A stretch of 64,000 nucleotides of DNA. It comes from Methanobrevibacter sp. Its GTDB lineage: Archaea > Methanobacteriota > Methanobacteria > Methanobacteriales > Methanobacteriaceae. Positions 47,822-58,069 of this stretch are shown one piece after another. The translations under genes were made by a program, and so were the position numbers. Where the stretch lies: NCBI RefSeq assembly GCF_045603845.1, contig NZ_JAZUMY010000072.1:4236-68235 (forward strand). Direction: 5' to 3'. The notes beneath the pieces were generated by a model. That model was not told the DNA's origin, did no database searches, and was given only the letters and a program-made list of their open reading frames with translations. Within the stretch, counting starts at the first letter, position 1. The number at the start of each line of letters is the position of its first letter.

Positions 47822-49120
47822 ATGTTTTGGGATGAAAAAACAGAATGTATGACAAAAGAAGAAAAAGAAGAACTTCAGCTGAAAAGATTGCAGGAAACCG
47901 TAAAACTAGCATATGAAAATGTGGAGTTCTATAAAAAAAGATTTGATGAAATAGGACTTAAACCTGAAGACATCAAAACTTTAGAAGACATTGAAAAAAT
48001 TCCATTTACAACAAAAAGTGACCTAAGAGAAGCATATCCTCTAGGATTGCTTGCAGTTCCACGTGATGAAATTGTAGAAATCCACGCATCATCAGGTACA
48101 ACCGGAAAACCTACAGTGACCGGATATACCCAAAACGATTTGGACATATGGGGAGAATGCATTGCACGTGGATTAAAAATGGCTGGTGCTGAAAAAGAAT
48201 ACATTATTCAAAACGCCTACGGATACGGTTTATTTACCGGAGGATTCGGTATTCACCACGGAGGAAACATGATGGGTGCAATAACAATTCCAATTTCAGC
48301 AGGAAATACCCAAAGGCAATTGGACACCATGGTCGACTTCCAAAGTGACATATTGACCTGTACCCCTTCATATGCAATGTATTTAGGAGAATCCCGTGAA
48401 AAAGCAGGAATTCCACTAGAAGACATTAATTTAAAAGCAGGAATTCACGGTGCTGAAATGTGGACAGATGAAATGAGAAAAAGAATTGAAGCATCACTCG
48501 GAATCAAAACATACAACATTTACGGTTTGACCGAAGTAATGGGACCTGGTGTTGCACAGGAATGCAGCGAACAGAACGGAATGCACATCCAGGACGATCA
48601 CTTCTATCCTGAAATAATAAACCCAAAGACAGGAGAAACACTTGACTATGGAGAAAACGGAGAACTCGTATTAACTTCACTTACAAAAACAGGAATGCCT
48701 ATTTTAAGATTTAGAACAAAAGATTTAACTTCATTAATTGCCGATAAATGTGAATGTGGAAGAACTACTGTGAGAATGACCAGAATCACCGGAAGAAGTG
48801 ACGACATGTTAAAAATCAAAGGTGTAATGGTATTCCCATCCCAAATTGAAAAAGCATTGCTTAAAATTGAAGGAATAAGTCCAAACTACATGATACATGT
48901 AACCAGACCGGACATCTTAGATGAAGTGGAAGTTAAAGTAGAGGCTTCCAAGGAATTATTCTCAGATGAAGTAAAAGAAATGGAAAAAGTAGAAAAACAA
49001 ATACAGGCATCAATCAGATCAGAAACCGGACTTAGAGTGGATGTAACATTATGTGAACCGGAATCACTCCCTAGAAGTGAAGGTAAAGCTGTTCGTGTAA
49101 TCGATGAAAGAAATTTATAA
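47822..49120 (+). CDS. paaK: Phenylacetate(aryl-acetate)-CoA ligase
   Basis: [62 protein letters not shown]. Confidence 0.93.
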   Translation: MFWDEKTECMTKEEKEELQLKRLQETVKLAYENVEFYKKRFDEIGLKPEDIKTLEDIEKIPFTTKSDLREAYPLGLLAVPRDEIVEIHASSGTTGKPTVTGYTQNDLDIWGECIARGLKMAGAEKEYIIQNAYGYGLFTGGFGIHHGGNMMGAITIPISAGNTQRQLDTMVDFQSDILTCTPSYAMYLGESREKAGIPLEDINLKAGIHGAEMWTDEMRKRIEASLGIKTYNIYGLTEVMGPGVAQECSEQNGMHIQDDHFYPEIINPKTGETLDYGENGELVLTSLTKTGMPILRFRTKDLTSLIADKCECGRTTVRMTRITGRSDDMLKIKGVMVFPSQIEKALLKIEGISPNYMIHVTRPDILDEVEVKVEASKELFSDEVKEMEKVEKQIQASIRSETGLRVDVTLCEPESLPRSEGKAVRVIDERNL

Positions 49121-49132
49121 AAAGGTGGAAAA

Positions 49133-49561
49133 ATGGCAGTACAAATTTCAGTTTTTATCGAAAACAAAGAAGGAAGAATTAAAAAAGCAATTGACACATT
49201 AGCTAAAGCAGACGTGAATATTCGTGCATTATCTGTTGGAGATACAACAAAATATGGTATTTTAAGATTAATTGTATCCGACAATAAAAAAGCAATTGAA
49301 GCGTTGGAAGAAGACGGATTTATTGTAAAAGAAAGTGAAGTTGTTGTTGTTGCAGTTCCAGACAAACCAAATGGATTGAATAAAACCTTAGCTATCTTAG
49401 ATGACGCAGACATTAACCTGGAATACATTTATGCATTCGTCAGCAGCCAACCTGAAGAAGCTATTGTTGCAATAAAAGTAGAAAATACTGAAAAGGCAAT
49501 TGAAGCATTTGAAGCAAAAGATGCTAAAATACTCACTGAAGAAGAACTTGAAAAGATTTAA
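49133..49561 (+). CDS. Tandem ACT-domain protein
   Basis: QISVFIENKEGR, VNIRALSV, VPDKPNGL, INLEYIYAF. Confidence 0.9.
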   Translation: MAVQISVFIENKEGRIKKAIDTLAKADVNIRALSVGDTTKYGILRLIVSDNKKAIEALEEDGFIVKESEVVVVAVPDKPNGLNKTLAILDDADINLEYIYAFVSSQPEEAIVAIKVENTEKAIEAFEAKDAKILTEEELEKI

Positions 49562-49621
49562 TTATCTTTTCTCATTATTTTTTTAGAAAAACCGTCATTA
49601 ATAATAAAAAAAGTAAAAGAA

Positions 49622-49900
49622 TTAGAATTCTTTTAATAATTTAGCAATATCTTCCCTGGAATAACCTAATCGTGGAAGCAAACTTTTAACTGGTTCTGAA
49701 TCTGGAATTACACCAAGTTCTCTCCAGCTTTTAAAGTCATTATTTAATATACTGTTAATTAAAAGTTGAATTGTTATCAAATCATCACTTTTAATTGCAA
49801 TGAAAGCATCTTCATCTCGAAAATTGCCTTCAGGATCAATCAATGTTAATTTTCCGGTTCTATCTTTTTTTACGATAGCATTATCTATTTGGTAAGCCAT
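49622..49900 (-). CDS. Hypothetical protein
   Basis: 92-aa ORF with GGGGA SD downstream of iorB. Confidence 0.65.
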   Translation of the reverse strand: MAYQIDNAIVKKDRTGKLTLIDPEGNFRDEDAFIAIKSDDLITIQLLINSILNNDFKSWRELGVIPDSEPVKSLLPRLGYSREDIAKLLKEF

Positions 49901-49955
49901 AATATCCCCACTTTTTTATCTAATTAAAGATTTAATTATAATAATATTTAAATAT

Positions 49956-50534
49956 TTAACCTTTGATTGAATTGTATCCACTTTCAATAGCTTTTAAATT
50001 TAAATCATGGAACCTTTCATGCAAATTATTTTTCATTGCTTCAATAACTGAATCTTTTGATAACGGAAATTTATCATCAGCAGTTACGGCACCTAAAAGA
50101 ACCATATTTAAAGATAAAACGTTTCCCGCTTCCAAAGCCAATTTAGTAGCATCAATAGGCAATACATGAGTAAAATTTTCCTTTAAAGAATTCGTAATGC
50201 TTTCAACACTAGGATAGGCATCATTAGTGGAAGACGGAATAATCGGATGAGTATTATAAACAATCTTACTATCCTTATTTACCTTATGCAAACCCCTTAT
50301 GGTTTCAATCGGCTCGAATGAAAGCAGCATATCTGCAGTAGTGTCAGGTATGATTGAACTGTTGTAATCACCAATCTTTAGTTCAGTTGATACAGATCCT
50401 CCTCTTTGTGACATTCCATGAATTTCACTCATCACAACATCCAAACCCTGGTTCATTGCAGCTTCACCAATGATAACGGAGGTTTTAATGATTCCCTGGC
50501 CTCCTACACCGCAAATGTAAATACTGTAACTCAT
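49956..50534 (-). CDS. iorB: Indolepyruvate:ferredoxin oxidoreductase beta subunit
   Basis: CGVGGQGII, SEIHGMSQRGGSV, NMVLLGA. Confidence 0.95.
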   Translation of the reverse strand: MSYSIYICGVGGQGIIKTSVIIGEAAMNQGLDVVMSEIHGMSQRGGSVSTELKIGDYNSSIIPDTTADMLLSFEPIETIRGLHKVNKDSKIVYNTHPIIPSSTNDAYPSVESITNSLKENFTHVLPIDATKLALEAGNVLSLNMVLLGAVTADDKFPLSKDSVIEAMKNNLHERFHDLNLKAIESGYNSIKG

Positions 50535-52438
50535 TTTCCCACCTCCAATGCACCATATTTACAAACCTGAATACAGACTCCACATCCATCACACATTGAA
50601 GTGTCAATTTCTATTTTTCCGCCAACTTTTGAAATGGCAGGACATGCAAGTTCATTTACACATTTATCACAATTATTACAATTGGATTCAATGAATTTAA
50701 CTGGAGGTTTTTTGGTTAAACCTTTAATCAATGTACATGGTGCTTTTGAAATAATTACTGCAGTGTCATCTCTTTCGAAAGCTTCCTTATATGTTTTGAC
50801 AACCTGTTCCAGATTAAACGGATTGATTACACGCACATAGTCAACGCCACAGGCAAGGGCCAATTTACGGATGGAAATTTCAGGCGCTTCATCACCCATA
50901 CCATCCACAGGAATACCCGGATTTGGCTGACCGCCAGTCATTGCAGTAATCCTGTTATCAAGGACAGTCAAAACAAAATTATGCTTATTGTGAACAGCAT
51001 TGATTAACGGAGAAACACCGCTGTGGAAGAACGTGGAATCCCCAATAAAACTTGCAACCTTCTGGTCTGTTGAAACTGAAAATCCGCAACCGTCACCGAC
51101 ACTGGATCCCATTGACAAGAGGTAATCCGCAGCATTATAAGGAGGATTGATACCTAAAGTGTAACATCCAATATCTGATGCAAAAACAACATCGGAAGGT
51201 TTTAAGCCCAGTTCCTCAATAGCTATATTGATTCCATAATACATTGCCCTGTGAGGACATCCTGCACATAGAACAGGAGCTCTTGATGGTATTTCATCAC
51301 TTAATTTATTTAGACTGTCAGTAAATGTGATGTCCTGTTTATTTATGAAATTCATGACTTTATCGAATCCTTCGCTTACAATATCTGAATTGAATTCATA
51401 ACATTGAGGCAATGTTCCATCCAGTTTACCGTGGACAGTAACATCAAGGTTTTCACGGCCAATAATAGCTAAAACTTCCTTTTCCATAATCGGATCGACT
51501 TCTTCAACAATGAAGACCTCATCCAAATCCTTAATGAAATCAAATACTTTTTTATCTGGGAACGGATAAGAAAATCCGATTTTTAATATGTCCATATCCA
51601 AATCATTGAATTTGATAACATCATAAGCATAATTATATGCGCTTCCTGAAGAAATTACTCCATATTTTTTATTGTCAGAAAAGGATTGTGAAGTGTTGAA
51701 ATCGGATTTGTTGGTTACATCATTTATTTTGCTGATTTTTGCACAAAGCCTTTCATGCATTTTGCCTGCAAATGCCGGAACCGGAACATATTTTGAAGGG
51801 TCCTTATCAAAGTGACCCCTCATCCAGTGATCATCATTATTTGATGAGTTGTCATTAATATCTCCAAATTCAACAACCCCTCTCATGTGAGATACACGAG
51901 TGGTTGTTCTTACAATAACAGGCAACCCATATTCTTCAGACAAATCAAATGCATACTTGACCATATCCTTAACTTCCTGACAATTGGACGGTTCAAGCAC
52001 AGGAACATTTGACAAGCGTGCATAATTACGTGTATCCTGCTCATTTTGAGATGAAAACAATGAAGGATCATCTGCCGTTAAAATAACCATTCCACCATTG
52101 ACACCAGTGTATGCCGTAGTCATGAATGAATCGCTAGCAACATTCATTCCGACATGCTTCATGAATGTAAATGAACGAAGTCCGGATGCCGCTGCTGTTG
52201 CTGCAACTTCCATTGCGACCTTTTCATTTGTTGAAAACTCAAAATAAATGTTTGCATCCTTAGCAAGCACTGATAATATATTTCCTATTTCTGATGAAGG
52301 AGTTCCAGGATAAGTTGCTGCAATGGATATTCCTGCCTCAATCACGCCCCTTACAGCAGCCTCATTTCCAAGCAAAAACTGTTTTTCACCAGATTTTCCA
52401 GTAACTAATTCTTTTAAATTCATTATATTTATCCTCAA
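50531..52438 (-). CDS. iorA: Indolepyruvate:ferredoxin oxidoreductase alpha subunit (likely start at MNLKEL)
   Basis: LLGNEAAVRG, YPGTPSSEI, MKHVGMNVA, LCAGCPHR, SDIGCY, IGDSTFFHSG; C-terminal 2x4Fe-4S. Confidence 0.96.
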   Translation of the reverse strand: MRINIMNLKELVTGKSGEKQFLLGNEAAVRGVIEAGISIAATYPGTPSSEIGNILSVLAKDANIYFEFSTNEKVAMEVAATAAASGLRSFTFMKHVGMNVASDSFMTTAYTGVNGGMVILTADDPSLFSSQNEQDTRNYARLSNVPVLEPSNCQEVKDMVKYAFDLSEEYGLPVIVRTTTRVSHMRGVVEFGDINDNSSNNDDHWMRGHFDKDPSKYVPVPAFAGKMHERLCAKISKINDVTNKSDFNTSQSFSDNKKYGVISSGSAYNYAYDVIKFNDLDMDILKIGFSYPFPDKKVFDFIKDLDEVFIVEEVDPIMEKEVLAIIGRENLDVTVHGKLDGTLPQCYEFNSDIVSEGFDKVMNFINKQDITFTDSLNKLSDEIPSRAPVLCAGCPHRAMYYGINIAIEELGLKPSDVVFASDIGCYTLGINPPYNAADYLLSMGSSVGDGCGFSVSTDQKVASFIGDSTFFHSGVSPLINAVHNKHNFVLTVLDNRITAMTGGQPNPGIPVDGMGDEAPEISIRKLALACGVDYVRVINPFNLEQVVKTYKEAFERDDTAVIISKAPCTLIKGLTKKPPVKFIESNCNNCDKCVNELACPAISKVGGKIEIDTSMCDGCGVCIQVCKYGALEVGK

Positions 52439-52543
52439 AAAATCTTAAAATTATAATATAAATAGATAATTATATTATAATAATAAGTTCAAAATATAAT
52501 ATAAACTTATAGATATTTTGACTAGCTTTATAAAGAGGGAAAA

Positions 52544-54019
52544 GTGATGATTAAAGTTTATGTCTCCAGGTTCAACAAAGAGATTGATGATGAACCACAT
52601 ATGGAGTGTTATGAAATTGAAAAAACTCCACAAATGAAAGTTTTGGATGCTCTTCAAGCAATTAACGACAAGTATGATGCTGATATCAGCTTCAGAAGTT
52701 CTTGTAGAGCAGGACAATGCGGATCTTGTGGAATTTTATTTAACGGTAATGGTGCACTTGCCTGTCAAAAAGAGATTAAGGACAATGCGAGAATAGAACC
52801 ATTACGCTTTCCAGTCATTAAAGACTTAATTGTCGACAGAAGTGAAATAGAAAATAAAGTAAAGGATTTGCAATTGAATCTGCATTCTGAAAATAAAGAT
52901 GAATTGGATACGACATTGAATAAGGAAAATACTGCAGAAACCAAAAAAGTCAGAAGCTGTATCGAATGCTATTCATGCCTTTCAACATGTCCTGTCGTTA
53001 ATTTTGCAACGGCAGAATTCGGCGGACCATATATAATGAGATACCTATCCAAATTCGAATCTGACCCTCGTGAAGATTTTAATCGTATAAAAGAAGGTTT
53101 GGATGAAGGATTATACAACTGTACCAGCTGCGGAAAATGTCTGGCGGTTTGTCCTAAAAACATCAATACCTTTGGCGATGCGATTGAAAAGATGAGAGCT
53201 ATTGCATGCTCCGAAAACTTAGGCCCGTTGCCTGAGCATGTGTCATTCAATGAGAATGTCAAAACAACCGGCAGGTCAGTCAGCTGTGACGGTGAAAGCT
53301 TCATCAGCCAAGTTGACAATTACAATGGCTCTGATGTGGCATTGTTTACAGGATGCATGCTTGACAATAAAATGCAGAAGATAGGACATAGCCTGCTTAA
53401 GGTTCTTGAAGCCAATGACATTAAAATTGACATTCCTGAAGGCCAGGTCTGCTGCGGATCACCTCTTTTGAGAACAGGACAGACCGAACTCGTTCAGAGC
53501 CTGGTTGACAAGAACAAAGAAGTGTTCAAGGATTATGATACTGTAATTACATTATGTTCCGGATGTGGCTCTACACTCAAGAACAATCATCCGCAATTCG
53601 GTTCAAAGCTTAATGTGATGGACATAAGCGAATTTCTGGTTGATAAGCTCGATACTGATAAAATGAAAGAAGTGAATATGAAAGTCACCTATCATGACCC
53701 ATGCCACTTGGGCAGAGGCCAGGGAATTAAAGACCAGCCAAGGGAAATAATTGAGAAAATACCTGGCGTCGAATTTGAAGAGATGCTTTACCCTTGCCAA
53801 TGCTGCGGTGCAGGGGGAGGAATAAAATCCGGAAGACCTGACATAGCAATGGAACTTTCAAAAGCAAAAGCAGACATGATTAAGGATACTGGTGCTGATG
53901 CAGTCATTACAATATGTCCATTCTGTCAACGCAATCTTCAGGACGGACTGAACGACATTGATGAAGAAAACGTTAAAGCTATGCACATTTTAGAATTATT
54001 AGAAAAATCATATGAATAA
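52544..54019 (+). CDS. tfrB: Thiol:fumarate reductase subunit B (FrdB-like Fe-S + CCG domains)
   Basis: SCRAGQCGSC, CIECYSC..TCP, CTSCGKC..VCP, two CCG domains, YHDPCH. Confidence 0.9.
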   Translation: MMIKVYVSRFNKEIDDEPHMECYEIEKTPQMKVLDALQAINDKYDADISFRSSCRAGQCGSCGILFNGNGALACQKEIKDNARIEPLRFPVIKDLIVDRSEIENKVKDLQLNLHSENKDELDTTLNKENTAETKKVRSCIECYSCLSTCPVVNFATAEFGGPYIMRYLSKFESDPREDFNRIKEGLDEGLYNCTSCGKCLAVCPKNINTFGDAIEKMRAIACSENLGPLPEHVSFNENVKTTGRSVSCDGESFISQVDNYNGSDVALFTGCMLDNKMQKIGHSLLKVLEANDIKIDIPEGQVCCGSPLLRTGQTELVQSLVDKNKEVFKDYDTVITLCSGCGSTLKNNHPQFGSKLNVMDISEFLVDKLDTDKMKEVNMKVTYHDPCHLGRGQGIKDQPREIIEKIPGVEFEEMLYPCQCCGAGGGIKSGRPDIAMELSKAKADMIKDTGADAVITICPFCQRNLQDGLNDIDEENVKAMHILELLEKSYE

Positions 54020-54025
54020 AATTAT

Positions 54026-54928
54026 TTGGAGTTGATTAATATAGGAGATACAGCTGTAAGTGAACAGAAAGTTGTCGAAACGGCACCCATCAATTCACCC
54101 AAAGAAGATAAAAAAGCTGAAAAGAAATCAACTTCCACAAAAAAAGCGAAATCAAGAGGTCAATCTTTAGCAATTAAAGATTTGCAGCAGCAGCCCAAGG
54201 AAGAGGAAACAGAACTGGATTTATTCAAGAACAATATTTACATCGTTTTTGTCGAATGTGAAACTCCGGGAAATATTGGATTTCTTGCAAGGACAATGGC
54301 TAACTTCGGATTGAAAAATTTAGTTTTGATAAATCCTCCAACATTAACTCCTGAAGCTTACTATCAGGCAACACACGGCAAATATATTGTTGAAAATGCT
54401 TTGGTTTATCCAAGCCTTGATGAATTTTACCAGTCAAAAAGAATTGATTTTAAAGTTGCATCAACAGGTGTAGCCGGAGGAAGCTACAATTTATCAAGAA
54501 TACCTATAAAACCGGAACAATTGGCTGAAAGCATTAATATTAATAATAAAATCGCAATATTGTTTGGAAGAGAAGGAGACGGCCTTTCAAATAAGGAAAT
54601 AGAAAACTGTGACATTTGCGTTTCCATTCCGACAGACCCCACATATCCTATCTTAAACATTTCCCATGCAGCAGCAATAATATTTTATGAATTGTTTAAA
54701 AATAAGCATGAATACGCTGTAGAGGGACTTGAAGAAAGTAGTGCTCTTGAAAAGGAATACCTAATCAGGGATATGGAGGAAATGATTGATAAACTGGATA
54801 TTCCAGAGCACAAAAAGAAAACCGGATTGAAATCATTTAAAAATATCATAAATAGGGCCTTCATTACAGGGCGCGAAGCACATACATTTAAAGGTATCCT
54901 TAGAAGAATAAAAAATAAAATGGAGTAA
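54026..54928 (+). CDS. trmJ: SPOUT tRNA methyltransferase, TrmJ-like, with long low-complexity N-terminal extension
   Basis: ETPGNIGFLARTMANFG, LFGREGDGL, YPILNISHAAAI; start codon uncertain. Confidence 0.8.
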   Translation: MELINIGDTAVSEQKVVETAPINSPKEDKKAEKKSTSTKKAKSRGQSLAIKDLQQQPKEEETELDLFKNNIYIVFVECETPGNIGFLARTMANFGLKNLVLINPPTLTPEAYYQATHGKYIVENALVYPSLDEFYQSKRIDFKVASTGVAGGSYNLSRIPIKPEQLAESININNKIAILFGREGDGLSNKEIENCDICVSIPTDPTYPILNISHAAAIIFYELFKNKHEYAVEGLEESSALEKEYLIRDMEEMIDKLDIPEHKKKTGLKSFKNIINRAFITGREAHTFKGILRRIKNKME

Positions 54929-54930
54929 GC

Positions 54931-55755
54931 ATGAGAAGAATAAGTTTTGCAGAAGTCATCATATTTGTTGTGAACAGAATATTCAACTGGAGATTCTGGA
55001 TTGCTGGTTTAACGAAAAAATCAAAGATAGCCAAAAAAATAATCAATAAAATGCTATTTGAAAAGGATGAAATCGTTGTTATTCCAAATACAATCAATGT
55101 AAACAAAAAAATTGAGGCTGAAAAATCTGAATTCTTACCGACTCAAGTGATTAAAGAAGTCATAAAACGTTGCGATGATATTGTAATAATGAACAGCTGC
55201 CTATGCAGGACATCCAATGACTGTAAAGACTATCCTCAGGATATCGGCTGCATATTCCTCGGCCCCACAACTAAAAAGATACCAAGAACTATATGTCATG
55301 AAGCAAGCGTTGAAGAAGCACTGAAGCAGGTTGATGAGGCAGATGCTGCAGGATTAAATCATATTATCGGCAGAAATAAGATAGACACAGTTTGGATGAA
55401 TGTAAGGCCTGGCGAAGGATTGCTTACAATTTGTCACTGCTGTCCATGCTGCTGCTTATGGAAAGTATATCCTAATCTGCATAATGACATATCCGATAAA
55501 CTGGAAAAACTGGAAGGAGTTAACTTAAAATATGATTCTGATAAGTGTAAGAGCTGCATGAAATGTTTGAAAGAGGTTTGCATGTTTGATGCAATAAGTG
55601 AAAAAGACGGTAAAATCATCATTGATTCCGATAACTGCAAAGGCTGCGGACAATGTGTAAACAACTGTAAATTTGGAGCTCTTACAATTGATTATACTGA
55701 TAAAACCATTGATAATGTGGTAAATAGAATGGAAAATCTAATAGAAACTGATTAA
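54931..55755 (+). CDS. Cys-rich 4Fe-4S ferredoxin-domain protein
   Basis: CLCR...C, ICHCCPCCC, CKSCMKC...C, CKGCGQCVNNC. Confidence 0.8.
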   Translation: MRRISFAEVIIFVVNRIFNWRFWIAGLTKKSKIAKKIINKMLFEKDEIVVIPNTINVNKKIEAEKSEFLPTQVIKEVIKRCDDIVIMNSCLCRTSNDCKDYPQDIGCIFLGPTTKKIPRTICHEASVEEALKQVDEADAAGLNHIIGRNKIDTVWMNVRPGEGLLTICHCCPCCCLWKVYPNLHNDISDKLEKLEGVNLKYDSDKCKSCMKCLKEVCMFDAISEKDGKIIIDSDNCKGCGQCVNNCKFGALTIDYTDKTIDNVVNRMENLIETD

Positions 55756-55772
55756 ATTTCAAGTGTGATAAA

Positions 55773-56357
55773 ATGGCAATATTAAGTGATAAGACTATTA
55801 AAGAATATTTGGAAGAGGAAAAGATTGTTATTGATCCTCTTTTAGATGAAAAACAGATACAACCATCTTCCGTTGATATGAGATTGGGAGATGAATTTAA
55901 AGTATTTAAAGTAATCAGGAAAGCATATATTGACCCTAAAGATGAGGAAGACATTGCATCTTACATGGAATCAAGTACCGTTAAAGAAGGTGAAGCATTC
56001 ATAATTCACCCCAATGAATTCGCTTTAGCTACGACATTAGAATATGTCAAAGTTCCTGATGACCTTGTAGCCCGTGTGGAAGGCCGTTCCAGTATGGGAA
56101 GACTTGGCGTTACGATGCACGTGACTGCTGGATTTATCGATCCCGGATTTGAAGGTAAGATTACACTTGAAATATCAAATATCGGCGCAATGCCTGTTGC
56201 CCTTTATCCTGGTCAGAGAGTGTGTCAGATTGTTTTTGAAACAATGACAACACCATCAGAGATCCCATACGGACACCCTGATAGAAATAGTAAATATATG
56301 GGACAAGTCAGTCCTGAAAGCAGTAGAGTTAAATTAGATTACGAATTAAAAAAATAA
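55773..56357 (+). CDS. dcd: dCTP deaminase
   Basis: QPSSVDMRL, EGRSSMGRLG, AGFIDPGFEGKITLE, YPGQRVCQ. Confidence 0.96.
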   Translation: MAILSDKTIKEYLEEEKIVIDPLLDEKQIQPSSVDMRLGDEFKVFKVIRKAYIDPKDEEDIASYMESSTVKEGEAFIIHPNEFALATTLEYVKVPDDLVARVEGRSSMGRLGVTMHVTAGFIDPGFEGKITLEISNIGAMPVALYPGQRVCQIVFETMTTPSEIPYGHPDRNSKYMGQVSPESSRVKLDYELKK

Positions 56358-56372
56358 TGGAAGTTAATATTT

Positions 56373-58067
56373 ATGAATCATGACAAAATGACAAACATCA
56401 GTGCAAAAAGAGGATTTTTATGGCCATCATTTGAAATATATTCTGGAGTTTCAGGATTTACCGATTATGGTCCTCTAGGAGCAAGCTTGAAAAACAATAT
56501 TATGCAGAAATGGAGAAAACAATACGTTTCCGGTGAAGGATTCTATGAAATAGAAGGACCTACCGTAATGCCAAAAGAAGTTCTCAAAGCATCAGGCCAC
56601 GTTGACAATTTTACAGACCCTATGACAAAATGTGAAAGCTGTGGAGAAGTTTACAGAGCAGACCACATTATTGAAGAAGCTATCGGACAGGATGTTGAAA
56701 GCCTTGAAAACAGCGAAATGGATAAAATTGTAGCTGAAAACAACATCAAATGTCCTGAATGTGGGGGAGATTTGGCCAATATCTGGGATTATAACTTAAT
56801 GTTTAAAACACAGATTGGAGCTAAAGGAAACAAAGTAGGTTACATGAGACCTGAAACAGCACAGGGAATATTCATTTTATTCAAACGTCTTGAAAGATTC
56901 TTTAGAGGAAAACTTCCATTCGGTGCAGTTCAGCTCGGTAAAGCCTACAGAAATGAGATTTCTCCAAGACAAGGTGTTATCAGGTTAAGGGAATTTACAC
57001 AAGCCGAAGCTGAAATATTTTTAGACCCTAGCGACAAAACTACGCCTAAATTTTCACAGATTGAAGATGAAATTTTAAGGTTGAATTCACAGGAAGTTCA
57101 GGAAAATGACCTGGAACCTTTGGAAATCACTGCACGTGAAGCGCTTGACAAAGGCATTGTTGCTAATGAAATGTTAATCTATCAGTTATATTTAGCACGT
57201 AAATTCTTAAACGAAATCGGAATTCCTAATGACGCTTTAAGATTCCGTCAGCATCTGGCCGGAGAAATGGCTCATTACGCTCTTGACTGCTGGGATGTTG
57301 AAGTCAAAACCGACAAATACGGATGGGTTGAAATAATCGGAATAGCTGACAGAGGAGATTATGACTTATCTTCACACTCAAAATTCAGTAATGATGATTT
57401 ATACGTATTCAAAGAGTATGATGAACCTAAAAAAGTTCAAAAAACCGTAGTTAAACCTAACTTATCCAAATTCGGACCTGTATTTAAAGGAGATTCACCT
57501 AAAGTAAAACAGGCCATTGAAGAGGCAGACCCTCAGGAAATAATTTCCGCATTGGAAAGTGCTGGAAAATACGTTATTGAATTGGACGATACTTATGAAG
57601 TGGATAAGGAATTGCTGATTATTGAAGAGGTGGAGGAAGACGTTACGGGTGAAAAAATCGTTCCTCACGTAATTGAACCTTCATTCGGTATTGACCGTAT
57701 CGTATATTCAGTATTATTGCATTCATTTACAGAAACTGAAGAAAAAGACTACTTCAAATTCGCAAAATCAGTTGCTCCTGTTCAGGTGGGAGTATATCCT
57801 CTTGTTAAAAAAGACGGACTTCCGGAAATTGCAACAGAGTTGAAAAACACTTTAAGAGAAGCAGGATTTACTGTAGAATATGATGAAGGTAATACAATCG
57901 GTAAAAGATATGCAAGAGCTGATGAAATCGGTATTCCTCTTGCAGTGACCGTGGATTATGAAAGTAAAGACGACAATATGGTTACTGTAAGGGATAGGGA
58001 CACTGAAGCTCAGGAAAGAATTCCTATTGATGAATTACAGGAATATTTAGAAAAATATTATAAATGA
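56373..58067 (+). CDS. glyS: Glycyl-tRNA synthetase (alpha2 type)
   Basis: MRPETAQGIF, YRNEISPRQG.IRLREFTQAE, EMAHYA.DCWD, PHVIEPSFGIDR, anticodon-binding domain. Confidence 0.97.
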   Translation: MNHDKMTNISAKRGFLWPSFEIYSGVSGFTDYGPLGASLKNNIMQKWRKQYVSGEGFYEIEGPTVMPKEVLKASGHVDNFTDPMTKCESCGEVYRADHIIEEAIGQDVESLENSEMDKIVAENNIKCPECGGDLANIWDYNLMFKTQIGAKGNKVGYMRPETAQGIFILFKRLERFFRGKLPFGAVQLGKAYRNEISPRQGVIRLREFTQAEAEIFLDPSDKTTPKFSQIEDEILRLNSQEVQENDLEPLEITAREALDKGIVANEMLIYQLYLARKFLNEIGIPNDALRFRQHLAGEMAHYALDCWDVEVKTDKYGWVEIIGIADRGDYDLSSHSKFSNDDLYVFKEYDEPKKVQKTVVKPNLSKFGPVFKGDSPKVKQAIEEADPQEIISALESAGKYVIELDDTYEVDKELLIIEEVEEDVTGEKIVPHVIEPSFGIDRIVYSVLLHSFTETEEKDYFKFAKSVAPVQVGVYPLVKKDGLPEIATELKNTLREAGFTVEYDEGNTIGKRYARADEIGIPLAVTVDYESKDDNMVTVRDRDTEAQERIPIDELQEYLEKYYK

Positions 58068-58069
58068 GT

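Noticed and set aside
48886-49428. 180-aa antisense ORF over paaK/ACT
   Set aside because: Shadow of well-supported genes on the opposite strand; no recognisable motifs
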